Origin: Solirubrobacterales bacterium
Lineage (GTDB): Bacteria; Actinomycetota; Thermoleophilia; Solirubrobacterales; 70-9
Length of the DNA: 64,000 bases
Direction of reading: 5' to 3'
Assembly (NCBI GenBank): GCA_036260485.1
Contig: DATAMR010000007.1
Span: 691-64,690, forward strand
A model generated the notes under the pieces. It was given only the letters and a program-made list of their open reading frames with translations, made no database searches and was not told the origin of the DNA. Shown in pieces: positions 1-8,926 of this stretch. The first letter of the stretch is position 1, and each line of letters begins with the position of its first letter. The position numbers and the translations under genes were made by a program.

Positions 1-863
1 TGCGCTCGGCGTGGACCTCGGGGTCGGCGGCGACGATCAGGGCTTCCTTCAGCTCCTCGTCGGATACCTGCCGCTCGCCCTCCGCCTGCATCGCCGCCGG
101 GTCGTGCCAGTCGTCGCGGTAGAACTCTTTCGGCTGCGAGCCCTTCCAGACCCGGCAGCCCTCCAGCGCCGCCTCGTCGTCGGAGGCCCAGGAGAAGGCG
201 GCCTGGAGGACGATCTCGCCCGGGGGGCGGCCGGCGTCCTCAGCGGCGCTCTTGTAGGCGTCGATGAGTCCGGGCGCCGATTCGGGGTCGGCGAGGCTCC
301 AGAGGCCGTCTCCCTGCCGTCCCGCCACCGCCGCCGCCTTCGGCCCGAAGGCGGAGACGTAGATCGGCGGCCGGCGGTTCTCCGGTCGCGAGTGGACGAA
401 GGCGCGGTCGGTCGAGAAGTGGCGGCCCTTGCCGCTCAGCCGCTTTCCGTCCCAGAGGGCGCGGACCATCTCCAGCCCCTCCTCCATCAGCTCGACCTTT
501 TCGCCGGGCGTGGGCCAGCGGGCGCCGAGCGGAACCTCGTTCAGCGCCTCGCCCGAGCCGACCCCGAGGTAGGGCCGGCCGGGATACATCAGCTCCATCG
601 TCGCCCACGCCTGGGCGATCAGGACCGGGTGGTAGCGCGGCCCCGGCGGGGTCACCGCGGTGCCGAAGCTGACCCGCTCGGTCGCCTGCGCCGCCGCCCC
701 GAGCCAGACCCAGGCGTGCCCCGACTCGCCCGGTTCCCACCAGGGCTGCAGATGGTCGCTGCAGCCGATGCCGGAGAAGCCGGCCGCCTCGGCGGCGACC
801 GCCTGGCGCAGCAGCTGGTCGGGCGGGAACTGCTCGTGGGCGCAGAGGTGGAGGTAGCGCATG
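1..863 (-). CDS. LLM-class F420-dependent oxidoreductase (luciferase-like, G6PDH-related family); 3' end lies beyond the window
   Basis: Not in the ORF track because it has no in-window stop. My translation from ATG 863 downward gives MRYLHLCAHEQFPPDQLLRQAVAAEAAGFSGIGCSDHLQPWWEPGESGHAWVWLGAAAQATERVSFGTAVTPPGPRYHPVLIAQAWATMELMYPGRPYLGVGSGEALNE..., a luciferase-like TIM-barrel signature. The listed + ORF 11..886 is an Arg/Gly-rich shadow ORF. Confidence 0.8.
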
Positions 864-882
864 CGGCGGAGGCGGCCCTCGC

Positions 883-1389
883 CTAGGCCTTGCCTTCGAG
901 CTCGTACTCGCGCAGAAAGCCCTCGAAGAGGCGGCGGTGCCCCTGCTCGTCGCGGAGGATCGCGATCACCATGTCCTGGGTGACGGGGTCGACGCCGTCG
1001 GTCTCCTCGACGATCCCCGTGTAGTACTCGATCGCGCCGGTCTCAGCCTCGATCACGCCGCGGATCACATGGATCACGTCGGTCTGCTCGTCGGCCGGCT
1101 GCAGGAAGCTCTGCTCGGCGGCGAAGCCTTCCGAGCCGGGGACGACGCCGTAGAGCTCCTTTATCCGGGCGGCGAACTGCTTCGCGTGGCCGAGCTCCTC
1201 TTCGACATCTCCGGCCAGCGACTCGCGGATCTCCTGGGCGCGGACCCCGTCGAGGTTGGTGGAGGCGGAGATGTAGCTCATCACCGTCTCGATCTCCATC
1301 CAGTAGGCCTTGGTCAGCAGGGCGACGATGCCGTCGCGGGTCGCCTTGTCCCCATCGAGGATTCCTTTGCCGGCGGTGCTGCTCTCCAT
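883..1389 (-). CDS. Ferritin-like four-helix-bundle protein (Dps-like/bacterioferritin-like)
   Basis: 168-aa ORF. It has paired E..H-type blocks (VEEELGHAKQFAARI and ILRDEQGHRRLFEGFL) typical of ferritin-like diiron proteins. Confidence 0.7.
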   Translation of the reverse strand: MESSTAGKGILDGDKATRDGIVALLTKAYWMEIETVMSYISASTNLDGVRAQEIRESLAGDVEEELGHAKQFAARIKELYGVVPGSEGFAAEQSFLQPADEQTDVIHVIRGVIEAETGAIEYYTGIVEETDGVDPVTQDMVIAILRDEQGHRRLFEGFLREYELEGKA

Positions 1390-1463
1390 CAGGTCTCACT
1401 TTCGGTCGGTCCGTCTGCCTGCTCCGCGGCTACCCCGGCGGCTGGGCACGGAAACGCCGCGCC

Positions 1464-1985
1464 ATGCCTTTAGGCTGCCCGGCCATGGACACGATCGACT
1501 CTCTCCTCGAGAACAACCAATCCTTCGCCGCCGGCCTCGCCGAGCGGCACCTCGACGTCGAACCGCAGAGCCACCTGGCGATCGTCACCTGCATGGACTC
1601 GCGCCTCGACGTCTTCGCCGCGCTCGGTCTCGACCAAGGGGAGGCGCATGTGCTGCGCAACGCGGGCGGGGTGATCACCGACGACGTGATCCGCTCACTG
1701 GCGATTTCCCAGCGGCGACTGGGTACCCGGGAGGTGATGCTGATCCACCACGACGACTGCGGGATGCAGAAGATCACCGACGACGGCTTCCGGATGGAGC
1801 TGCAGGAGACCACCGGGATCGCGCCATCGTTTGCGATCGAGTCCTTCGGCGACGTCGAGGAGGACGTGCGCCAGTCGATCCTGCGGGTGCGTCGCAGCCC
1901 CTTCCTCCCCCACCGCGACGTCGTGCGCGGCTTCGTCTACGACGTCGACACGCACCGCCTGCGCGAGGTCGAGGTCAGCGAGTAG
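1464..1985 (+). CDS. Beta-class carbonic anhydrase
   Basis: Zinc-ligand motifs CMDSR and HHDDCG are present. The true start may be ATG 1485 (MDTIDSLL). Confidence 0.9.
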   Translation: MPLGCPAMDTIDSLLENNQSFAAGLAERHLDVEPQSHLAIVTCMDSRLDVFAALGLDQGEAHVLRNAGGVITDDVIRSLAISQRRLGTREVMLIHHDDCGMQKITDDGFRMELQETTGIAPSFAIESFGDVEEDVRQSILRVRRSPFLPHRDVVRGFVYDVDTHRLREVEVSE

Positions 1986-3950
1986 ATGACGACCGTCGCC
2001 CCCTACGGCTCCTGGTCCTCGCCGATCGAGGCGGCGACGGTGGCGCGGGCGGGGCGCCGGCTCGGTGCCGCCGCGCTCGCTGCGGACGGAGCCGTCTGGT
2101 GGGCCGAGGGGCGGCCCGACGAAGGCGGCCGGGTGGTGCTGATGCGGCGCCCGCCTGGCGGCGAGCCGGAAGCGGTTACGCCCGAGGGGACCAACGTGCG
2201 GACCCGGGTGCACGAGTACGGCGGCGGCGCCTGGTGCCTGGTCGAGGCCGACCTCGTCGTCTTCGTCGATTTCGGCGACCAGCGGCTCTACCGGCTGCGG
2301 CTGGGCGAGGCGCCGGTGGCGATCTCGCCCGAGCCGCCCGAGGGCGGAGCCCTGCACTACGCCGACATGCGGCCGGCGCCGGACGGCACCGGACTCGTCT
2401 GCGTGCGCGAAACCCACGGCGAGGGCGAAGCGGTGAACGAGATCGTCTCGCTGCCGCTCGACGGCTCGGCCGAGCCGCAGGTGCTGGCCGGCGGCCGCGA
2501 CTTCTACTCCTTCCCGCGGATCAGCCCCGACGGGGCCTGGCTCGCCTGGACCTGCTGGGACCACCCGAACATGCCCTGGGACGGGACCGAGCTGTGGGTC
2601 GCGCCGCTGACCGACAGCGGCGAGGAGCGGCTGGTCGCCGGCGGCGCCGAGGAGTCGATCTTCCAGCCCGAGTGGGGACCGGACGGGCGCCTGCACTTCG
2701 CCTCCGACCGCGACGGCTGGTGGAACCTCTACCGCGCCCGCGAGCCCGGCGCCGAGCTGAGCGGCGAGGAGGGCACGCTGGTCCAGCTGACCGAGGAGGA
2801 GGCGGACTTCGCCCACCCGCAGTGGCTCTTCGGCGGCGCCACCTACGCGTTCCTCGAGAGCGGCGCGATCGTCTGCGTGCGCTGCCAGGGGGCCGAGGAA
2901 CGGCTCTTCCTGCTGCAGCCGGAAGGCTGGGAACCGGCCGACCTCGGGCTGCCCTTCACCGCCTTCGGCTACCCGGTGCTCTCGGCGCGGGGAGAGTCGG
3001 TCGCCTTCGCCGCGGCCAGCATGGAGAGCGAGACCGCGGTCGTCGTCCACGACGTCGGGCGCGGCGAGACCGAGGTCGTCCGCACCTCGAGCGAGGAGCC
3101 GGTCGACCCGGCTTACGTCTCGCGGGCGCGGGCGGTCGAATTCCCCACCGGCGAGGGCGAGGTCGCCCACGGCTTCTACTACCCGCCGGCGAACCCCGAG
3201 TTCGAGGCGCAGGAGGGCGAACGGCCGCCGCTGATCGTCGAGAGCCACGGCGGGCCGACCTCCCACGCCACCCCCGCGCTGAGCCGCGAGTTCCTCTACT
3301 GGACCAGCCGCGGGATCGGCGTCGTCGACGTCAACTACCGCGGCTCCAGCGGCTACGGCCGCGAGTACCGCAACAGGCTGCGCGGGACCTGGGGCGTCGT
3401 CGACACCGAGGACTGCGTCGAGGCGGCGCGCTACCTCGCCGAGCAGGGCGAGGCCGACGGGGCGCGGCTGGCGATCCGCGGCGGCTCGGCGGGCGGCTAC
3501 GCGACCCTCTGCGCGCTCACCTTCCACGACGCCTTCGCCGCCGGGGCGAGCTACTTCGGCGTCGCCGACGCCGAGGCGCTCGCCCGCGACACCCACAAGT
3601 TCGAGTCCCGCTACCTCGATCGCCTGATCGGGCCGTATCCCGAGCGCGCCGACCTCTACCGCGAGCGCTCGCCGATCAACCACGCCCGGCGGCTGCGATC
3701 GCCGGTGATCCTCTTCCAGGGACTGGAGGACGAGGTGGTGCCGCCGAACCAGGCCGAGACGATGGTCGCGGCGCTGGCGCGCAACGGGGTCCCCCACGCC
3801 TACCTGCCCTTCGAGGGCGAGCAGCACGGCTTCCGCAAGGCGGAGACCAACATCCGCTGCCTCGAAGCCGAGCTCTACTTCTACGGCCGGAACATGGGCT
3901 TCGAGCCTGCCGGGGAACCCGAGCCGGTCGAGATCGCCGGCCTCAGCTGA
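1986..3950 (+). CDS. S9 family serine peptidase (prolyl oligopeptidase / acylaminoacyl-peptidase type)
   Basis: 654 aa. The C-terminal hydrolase half has the GGSAGGY nucleophile elbow and later Asp and His (EGEQHGF). The ATG directly abuts the carbonic anhydrase stop. Confidence 0.9.
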   Translation: MTTVAPYGSWSSPIEAATVARAGRRLGAAALAADGAVWWAEGRPDEGGRVVLMRRPPGGEPEAVTPEGTNVRTRVHEYGGGAWCLVEADLVVFVDFGDQRLYRLRLGEAPVAISPEPPEGGALHYADMRPAPDGTGLVCVRETHGEGEAVNEIVSLPLDGSAEPQVLAGGRDFYSFPRISPDGAWLAWTCWDHPNMPWDGTELWVAPLTDSGEERLVAGGAEESIFQPEWGPDGRLHFASDRDGWWNLYRAREPGAELSGEEGTLVQLTEEEADFAHPQWLFGGATYAFLESGAIVCVRCQGAEERLFLLQPEGWEPADLGLPFTAFGYPVLSARGESVAFAAASMESETAVVVHDVGRGETEVVRTSSEEPVDPAYVSRARAVEFPTGEGEVAHGFYYPPANPEFEAQEGERPPLIVESHGGPTSHATPALSREFLYWTSRGIGVVDVNYRGSSGYGREYRNRLRGTWGVVDTEDCVEAARYLAEQGEADGARLAIRGGSAGGYATLCALTFHDAFAAGASYFGVADAEALARDTHKFESRYLDRLIGPYPERADLYRERSPINHARRLRSPVILFQGLEDEVVPPNQAETMVAALARNGVPHAYLPFEGEQHGFRKAETNIRCLEAELYFYGRNMGFEPAGEPEPVEIAGLS

Positions 3951-5904
3951 CGACGCAGTTCTTCGAGCCGCCTTCGGTTTCGCCTTTTTCCGGGAAGGCG
4001 TGGGCGAGGGCGAGGGCGATCAGCTGGGCGCGGGCGGCGTAGCCGGGCGAGGTGAAGTGGATGCCGTCTTCGATGAACCAGTCGTCTTTGACGTCGGAGG
4101 CCCAGTCGTAGACGCGCATGTTGGGGTAGGAGGCGCAGGCGGCGACGAGTTCCTCGTCCCACTTCTCCATGTTTTCCTTCGAGTAGGGATCGCCGGGCGG
4201 GACGATCGAGCGGACGTTGACCCAGAGCACCGGTTCGTCGCCGATGATGGTCATCATTTTTTCGATCCGTTCGCGCTCGCCGATCGTCGAGCCGGCGGCG
4301 ACGTTGGCCGCCTCGTTGGTCCCGAGCGCCAGCACCCAACAGCCTTTGAAGCCTTCGGCCTTCCAGGCGGCGGCGACTTCCTGGGCGTTGGGGTTGCCTT
4401 CGAACTGCTCTTCGATCGAGGTCGCCCCCTGCACCTCCATGTGGACTTCTTTGACGCCGACTTCGCCGTAGCGGGCGGGGATCCGCTGCCCTTCCTCGGG
4501 CAGGTATTCGGCGTTGTCGAGACCCTCGGAGGTCGAGTCGCCGATGTGGACGATCGCTTTGCACTGCGATTTGGTCGAGTCTTCGGCCTGCGCCTTGGTC
4601 AGCGGCGGCGGCTTCGTCGTCCCCTCCGCCCGGGCCTGTTCGACGCGGACGTCGTTGCCTTCGGCCGAGGTCGAATGGACTCCGGCCATGCCGACGGCGG
4701 CGACCACCAGGACGAGTCCGAGGCCGACGATCGCGACCCGCATCGGCGGCGCGAAGGTCTCCCATTTCCAGCCGACGGCGCGGCGGCGGGCGAAGAAGCG
4801 GCCGATAGCGCCGTGGCGGATCGGCTCCTCGACGAAATGCCAGGAGAGGGCCGCGACGGCGAAGATCGCCGCCACCTGGAGGAGGCTGCGGGTGAGGCTG
4901 TCGCCGTGCAGCCCCTGCGGCGAGGTGAGGACGATGATCGGCGTCTGCCAGAGGTAGATCCCGTAAGAGCGGACGCCGACCCAGCGCAGCGGGCGCACCC
5001 CGAGCCAGGTGCCGAGCCGGCAGGCCGGATGGGTCAGCGGCATCAGGACCATCACCGTGGCGAGCGAGAGGAGGACGAAGCCGCCGCGGTAGTTGAAGGA
5101 CGAGAGTTCGCCGGTGCGCCAGATCATCAGGGCGACGATCGCCAGGCCGGCGACGCCCATCCCGTCGAGCATGTTGCGCGCCTGCGGGGCGATCCTGCGG
5201 CTGAGTTTGCGGCTCGGCCAGACCATCGCCAGGGCGGCACCGAAAAGCAGCGCGGCGGCGCGGGTGTCGGTGCCGAAGTAGAGGCGCGAGGGGTCGAGGC
5301 TGGGCTCGTAGAGGACGAACATCAGGATCGAGGAGGCGATCGCGCCGGCGATCGCCAGCAGGGCCAGGCGGGGGCGGACGCCGGAGGGCAGCGGGTGCTC
5401 GCGGACGAGCTTGGTCCCGGCCAGCAGCAGGAACGGCCAGAGGATGTAGAACTGCTCCTCGACCGAGAGCGACCAAAGGTGGTCGAGCGGGCCTTCGGCT
5501 TCGAAGCGGGCGAAGTAGGAGACGTTGGCGAAGATCTGCTGCCAGTTGTTGACGTAGAAGATCGCCGAGACGACGCCCTTGCGGAACTGGTCCGGCTGGG
5601 CGGGGCCGAAGATCGTCACCCAGGCGACGACGATCGCCAGCATCAGGAACAGCGCCGGCAGCAGGCGGCGGGCGCGGGCGAGCCAGAAGGCGGTGAGCTT
5701 GATCTTGCCGCGGGCGTTCAGCTGCGCCAGCAGGATGTCGGTGATCAGGTAGCCGCTGAGGGTGAAGAAGACGCCGACCCCGAGCATGCCCCCGGGAGCC
5801 CAGTCGAGACCGAGGTGGAAGGCGATGACGGCGAGGACGGCGATGGCACGCAGCCCGTCCAGCCCAGGCATGTAGCGCTGGTTGCGCTTGACGGGTTCTG
5901 GCAT
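3943..5904 (-). CDS. Acyltransferase-3 (OafA/YrhL-type) membrane O-acyltransferase fused to a C-terminal SGNH hydrolase domain
   Basis: Start chosen at ATG 5904 (MPEPVKRNQRYMPGLDGLRAIAVLAVIAFH). About 10 hydrophobic segments are followed by a GDS block (VHIGDSTSEG). The 5905..6078 ORF extension is Ala/Arg-rich and unlikely to be coding. Confidence 0.85.
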   Translation of the reverse strand: MPEPVKRNQRYMPGLDGLRAIAVLAVIAFHLGLDWAPGGMLGVGVFFTLSGYLITDILLAQLNARGKIKLTAFWLARARRLLPALFLMLAIVVAWVTIFGPAQPDQFRKGVVSAIFYVNNWQQIFANVSYFARFEAEGPLDHLWSLSVEEQFYILWPFLLLAGTKLVREHPLPSGVRPRLALLAIAGAIASSILMFVLYEPSLDPSRLYFGTDTRAAALLFGAALAMVWPSRKLSRRIAPQARNMLDGMGVAGLAIVALMIWRTGELSSFNYRGGFVLLSLATVMVLMPLTHPACRLGTWLGVRPLRWVGVRSYGIYLWQTPIIVLTSPQGLHGDSLTRSLLQVAAIFAVAALSWHFVEEPIRHGAIGRFFARRRAVGWKWETFAPPMRVAIVGLGLVLVVAAVGMAGVHSTSAEGNDVRVEQARAEGTTKPPPLTKAQAEDSTKSQCKAIVHIGDSTSEGLDNAEYLPEEGQRIPARYGEVGVKEVHMEVQGATSIEEQFEGNPNAQEVAAAWKAEGFKGCWVLALGTNEAANVAAGSTIGERERIEKMMTIIGDEPVLWVNVRSIVPPGDPYSKENMEKWDEELVAACASYPNMRVYDWASDVKDDWFIEDGIHFTSPGYAARAQLIALALAHAFPEKGETEGGSKNCVVS

Positions 5905-5950
5905 CGGTCGCCCGCATGCTACGGATCGGCGCTGATAGGTTTCCGGCCCC

Positions 5951-6610
5951 GTGGGTCCCGTCCGCATCTCTCGCCGCCGCCTCGCCGCCGCCTTCCCGCT
6001 GGCGCTCGTCGCCGCGCTCGCGACGTTGGCGCTGGGCGGCGCCGCTTCGGCCTCGGCGGCGGCCTGCCCAAGCTTCAAAGTCCTGCATGACGACCGGATC
6101 GGCGCGGTCGTGCTTCCGGCCGGGTCCTACGAAGTGACGGTCTCGGGCGGGTTGAGCTGCCCGGCCTCCTCGAAGCTCTTCGCCCGCTTCCTCAGCGACT
6201 GGGACGGCAACCTGCCGAAACCGTGGCGGGCGACCGCCGAAGGCAGCGGCAAGGCGACGTTCACCGGCGGCGTCCAAGGCTTCTCCGTCCGCCGCGTCAG
6301 CGGCGGCGGCGAAGGCGGGGGCGGCGGCAACACGGAACTCGGCAAGCTCTGCGCGGGCACCTTCACGGTCAACGCCGGCTCCGACGTCGGCCCGCTCTAC
6401 TTCGCCAAGGGTCCCTACCTCGTCTACGTCCCGGCGCAGTCGGCGATCAGCTGCCGCCGCGCCTCGGTGCTCTTCACCAGGTTCCTGGCGGCGCCCGGCG
6501 GGATGCTGCCGGACCCGTGGCAGGTGATGACGCAGACCGCGACGTTCTTCAAGCCGGCCCACCCGCTGCGGTCCGCGTTCCGGCTCGAGCCGGCTGGCGG
6601 GGTTTCTTAG
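5951..6610 (+). CDS. Secreted hypothetical protein with an internal two-fold domain duplication
   Basis: GTG start and a signal-peptide-like N-terminus (LALVAALATLALGGAASASAAA). Two similar roughly 60-aa units each carry two Cys residues and an F-x-RFL...LP-x-PW block. Confidence 0.6.
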   Translation: MGPVRISRRRLAAAFPLALVAALATLALGGAASASAAACPSFKVLHDDRIGAVVLPAGSYEVTVSGGLSCPASSKLFARFLSDWDGNLPKPWRATAEGSGKATFTGGVQGFSVRRVSGGGEGGGGGNTELGKLCAGTFTVNAGSDVGPLYFAKGPYLVYVPAQSAISCRRASVLFTRFLAAPGGMLPDPWQVMTQTATFFKPAHPLRSAFRLEPAGGVS

Positions 6611-6646
6611 CGCGTTTCTTGGTTGCGGGGCGGCCTCGGGCCGGGC

Positions 6647-7447
6647 TCAGGCGCGGTTCTTTCTTCTTCTTTCATCTATCCCCAGCAAGACTCGAAGATC
6701 AGAGGCGACCGCCTCAGGTTCGTCGTCCAGCTGGTTCCAGGTGAGGTGGGTGACCGTGTAGCCCGCGGCGGCGAGGCGCCGATCGCGGGCCTTGTCTTCT
6801 CTGAAGGCAGAGCGGGACTTGTGGGCTTGCCAGCCGTCGAGCTCGACGATCTGGCGAAGCTCGGGCCAGAGCTCGACCAGATCCCAGAGCGAGAGGCGGT
6901 CGTGGAGCTCTAGGAATTCCGCCTCGCGCAGGAGCGCCTTCAGCACATCGAGCGGCTCAGTTGCTGCGAGGTCGAAGATCGTCCGCGGCACGGTCGTGAC
7001 CGGAATCCCCTTCTCCACCGTGATCTCATCGGCCGGCAGCGCTTTGTGGTGACGCCGAATCCCGTCCCAGGATCGGCTCTTGACCGGCTCGGTGACGTCG
7101 ATGACAGACCGCGAGTTGGGCCGGATCCCCCAAAGCGCCGCCGCCGACCAGTGGCTGAGGACGGCATCGGGTCCCGAGGCGCGGACCGCGGCCATCCACT
7201 GTCCCTCGCGAGTCAAGCGACGGCGCCCTGGTGCGTAGACCCCTCGTCGAACCTCATTCAGGCGGCCGACGCTCAGCCTTCTTGCAATCGCACTCTCCTC
7301 AAATCCCAGCCTGAGCAGCTGATCCCGCCCGATCACACCATGCTGTCGGTCAGCCAGGGCAGAAATTTGTCGCTCCCTCTCGCGAAACCGCAAACGCGGT
7401 CGACTATCGACGTCGTTTGCGGTCTCGGCGGGAGGGGGTTGGGGCAC
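6647..7447 (-). CDS. DUF559 (Vsr-like endonuclease fold) protein with an N-terminal AbiEi-like wHTH
   Basis: ALADRQHGVIGRDQLLRLG at the N-terminus. The C-terminal IVELDGWQAHKSRSAFREDKARDRRLAAAGYTVTHLTW matches the DUF559 core. GTG start. Confidence 0.65.
   Translation of the reverse strand: MPQPPPAETANDVDSRPRLRFRERERQISALADRQHGVIGRDQLLRLGFEESAIARRLSVGRLNEVRRGVYAPGRRRLTREGQWMAAVRASGPDAVLSHWSAAALWGIRPNSRSVIDVTEPVKSRSWDGIRRHHKALPADEITVEKGIPVTTVPRTIFDLAATEPLDVLKALLREAEFLELHDRLSLWDLVELWPELRQIVELDGWQAHKSRSAFREDKARDRRLAAAGYTVTHLTWNQLDDEPEAVASDLRVLLGIDERRRKNRA
7383..7427. repeat. Palindromic element copy 1 (arms CGAAACCGCAAA / TTTGCGGTCTCG)
   Basis: 45-bp imperfect palindrome with an inner GTCGA-cta-TCGAC. 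It overlaps the first codons of the DUF559 ORF. Confidence 0.6.
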
Positions 7448-7493
7448 CGTGTTTCGACAAGGGTTTGGGGTCTCAATTTCGCCCCCCTTGCTC

Positions 7494-7521
7494 TTGCGGT
7501 TTCGTCTTCTTTGCGGCTTGG
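7494..7521. repeat. Solo arm TTGCGGTTTCG plus a degenerate direct copy TTGCGGCTTGG
   Basis: Lies in the DUF559 / topoisomerase IB divergent gap. The first copy is an exact match to the 11-mer found at three other sites. Confidence 0.55.
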
Positions 7522-7545
7522 GTACGTGGGGCGTGTGTCCCTTAC

Positions 7546-8583
7546 TTGGAAGCGGAGTTGAGCCCGACCGCCGCCCCGGCCCGGCGTGGGCGTCTGCGGC
7601 GGGCCGATTGTGCGGGGCCGGGGATCAGGCGACGGCGGCGCGGGCGGGGCTTCTCTTATGAGGACGGTTCCGGCACGGCGATCGGGGACGAGGAGACGCT
7701 GGAGCGGATTCGGCAGCTGGCGATCCCTCCCGCCTGGAAGGAGGTCTGGATCTGCCCTGACCCGTTCGGCCATATCCAGGCGACCGGCTACGACGAAGCG
7801 GGGCGCAAGCAGTACCTCTACCACGAGCGCTGGCAGCAGCGACAGGCGGAACGGAAGTTCGAGCTGGTGCGGGAGTTCGCCCTCGCGCTGCCGAAGCTGC
7901 GCCGGGCCGTCACCGCCGACCTGCGCCGCGAGGGGATGCCGCGCGAGCGAGCGCTGGCCTGCGCCGTGCGCCTCCTCGACCTCGGCTTCTTTCGCGTCGG
8001 CGGCGAGGTCTACGCCTCCGAAAACGAAAGCTTCGGCCTCGCCACGGTGCGCCGCGAGCACGTCACGATCAAGCGCGGCGAGGTCGTCTTCGACTTCCCG
8101 GCCAAGAGCGGCCAGCGGCGGGTGCAGTCGATCCGCGACGCGGCCGCCCGCCGCGCGATCGAGGCGATGCACCGCCGCCGCAGCGGCCCCGAGGACCTGC
8201 TCGCCTACCGCGCCGGCCGCGAATGGGTCGACGTCCGCTCCGACGACATCAACGACTACATCCACGAGAAGGTCGGCGACGAGTTCAGCGCCAAGGACTT
8301 CCGCACCTGGCACGGGACCGTGCTGGCCGCGGTGGCACTCGCCGGCGAGGGGCGGCCCCACTCCGACGCCGCCGCCAAGCGGGCGATCTCCCGTGCTGTG
8401 AACGAGGTCTCCGAGGCGCTCGGCAACACCCCTGCCGTCTGCCGCGCCTCCTACATCGACCCCCGGGTGATCGACCGCTTCCGCGACGGGGCGACGATCC
8501 GCCCGGCCGCCGGCGGCAACGGCCGCCTGACCGCCAAGCAGCGGCTGAAGATCGAGCGTGAAGTGATCGATCTCGTCTCCTGA
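7546..8583 (+). CDS. Type IB DNA topoisomerase (bacterial, poxvirus-like)
   Basis: LRRADCAGPGIRRRRRGRGFSYED, IPPAWKEVWI, KDFRTWHGT and the catalytic-Tyr block CRASYIDPRV are present. The start is uncertain (in-frame TTG 7546 or 7558); the ORF-track start 7417 lies in a repeat-rich non-coding-looking stretch. Confidence 0.85.
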   Translation: MEAELSPTAAPARRGRLRRADCAGPGIRRRRRGRGFSYEDGSGTAIGDEETLERIRQLAIPPAWKEVWICPDPFGHIQATGYDEAGRKQYLYHERWQQRQAERKFELVREFALALPKLRRAVTADLRREGMPRERALACAVRLLDLGFFRVGGEVYASENESFGLATVRREHVTIKRGEVVFDFPAKSGQRRVQSIRDAAARRAIEAMHRRRSGPEDLLAYRAGREWVDVRSDDINDYIHEKVGDEFSAKDFRTWHGTVLAAVALAGEGRPHSDAAAKRAISRAVNEVSEALGNTPAVCRASYIDPRVIDRFRDGATIRPAAGGNGRLTAKQRLKIEREVIDLVS

Positions 8584-8670
8584 CACTGGTTGAAATCGAC
8601 CCCTCTCGTTCTCCTAATTTCGGGGATGGTTTTCGGTTTTTGCGTCGAAGGCAGGGGTATCGAGGACCCC

Positions 8671-8901
8671 ATGGCGCGATTGAACGTCAAATCTGTTCCA
8701 AAACCGGGTGAGGTCTGGCTCAGCTACCCGCCCTACCTGCTGATGGCGCGGATCGCGGCGGTCGATCTCGGCGGAGAGACACCGGTGGTCAGCTACGGGC
8801 TCTACGACGACGACGGATCGCTCCTGCAGGCGGTCGAGCACGCGGCGCTCGACAGCGGCTGGTGGCGCACCTTCCAGCGCCTCGAGCCCCGCTTCGGCTG
8901 A
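8671..8901 (+). CDS. Small hypothetical protein (76 aa)
   Basis: ATG 8671 (MARLNVKSVPKPGEVW...). Sequence upstream to 8590 is low-GC3 and probably non-coding. No recognisable domain. Confidence 0.4.
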   Translation: MARLNVKSVPKPGEVWLSYPPYLLMARIAAVDLGGETPVVSYGLYDDDGSLLQAVEHAALDSGWWRTFQRLEPRFG

Positions 8902-8926
8902 GGGCGGCTCTCTCGACCGACCGGCG

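Noticed and set aside
11-886. + strand ORF of 291 aa at the left edge.
   Set aside because: The minus strand of the same region translates into an unmistakable LLM/F420 oxidoreductase starting at ATG 863. The + ORF is Arg/Gly/Leu-rich nonsense.
1310-4042. Very long ORFs with Arg/Pro/Gly/Ala-rich translations. Examples are 1310..4042 +, 3881..6562 -, 30168..33908 +, 37475..40306 +, 55081..57921 + and 54974..57508 -, plus many shorter ones.
   Set aside because: These are typical shadow ORFs of very GC-rich DNA, where stop codons are rare in all frames. Their composition is implausible and they have no motifs. Each overlaps an ORF in another frame or strand that has clear domain signatures and GC-rich third positions.
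7383-7521. The palindromic repeat copies as a CRISPR array or as integron attC sites.
   Set aside because: The copies are not regularly spaced direct repeats and no cas genes are present. The arms do not match the attC R'/R'' consensus (GTTRRRY / RYYYAAC), and no integrase is in the window.
6647-8583. DUF559 + TopIB as part of a prophage or mobile element.
   Set aside because: There is no integrase, transposase, phage structural gene or flanking direct repeat, and composition is similar to the surroundings.
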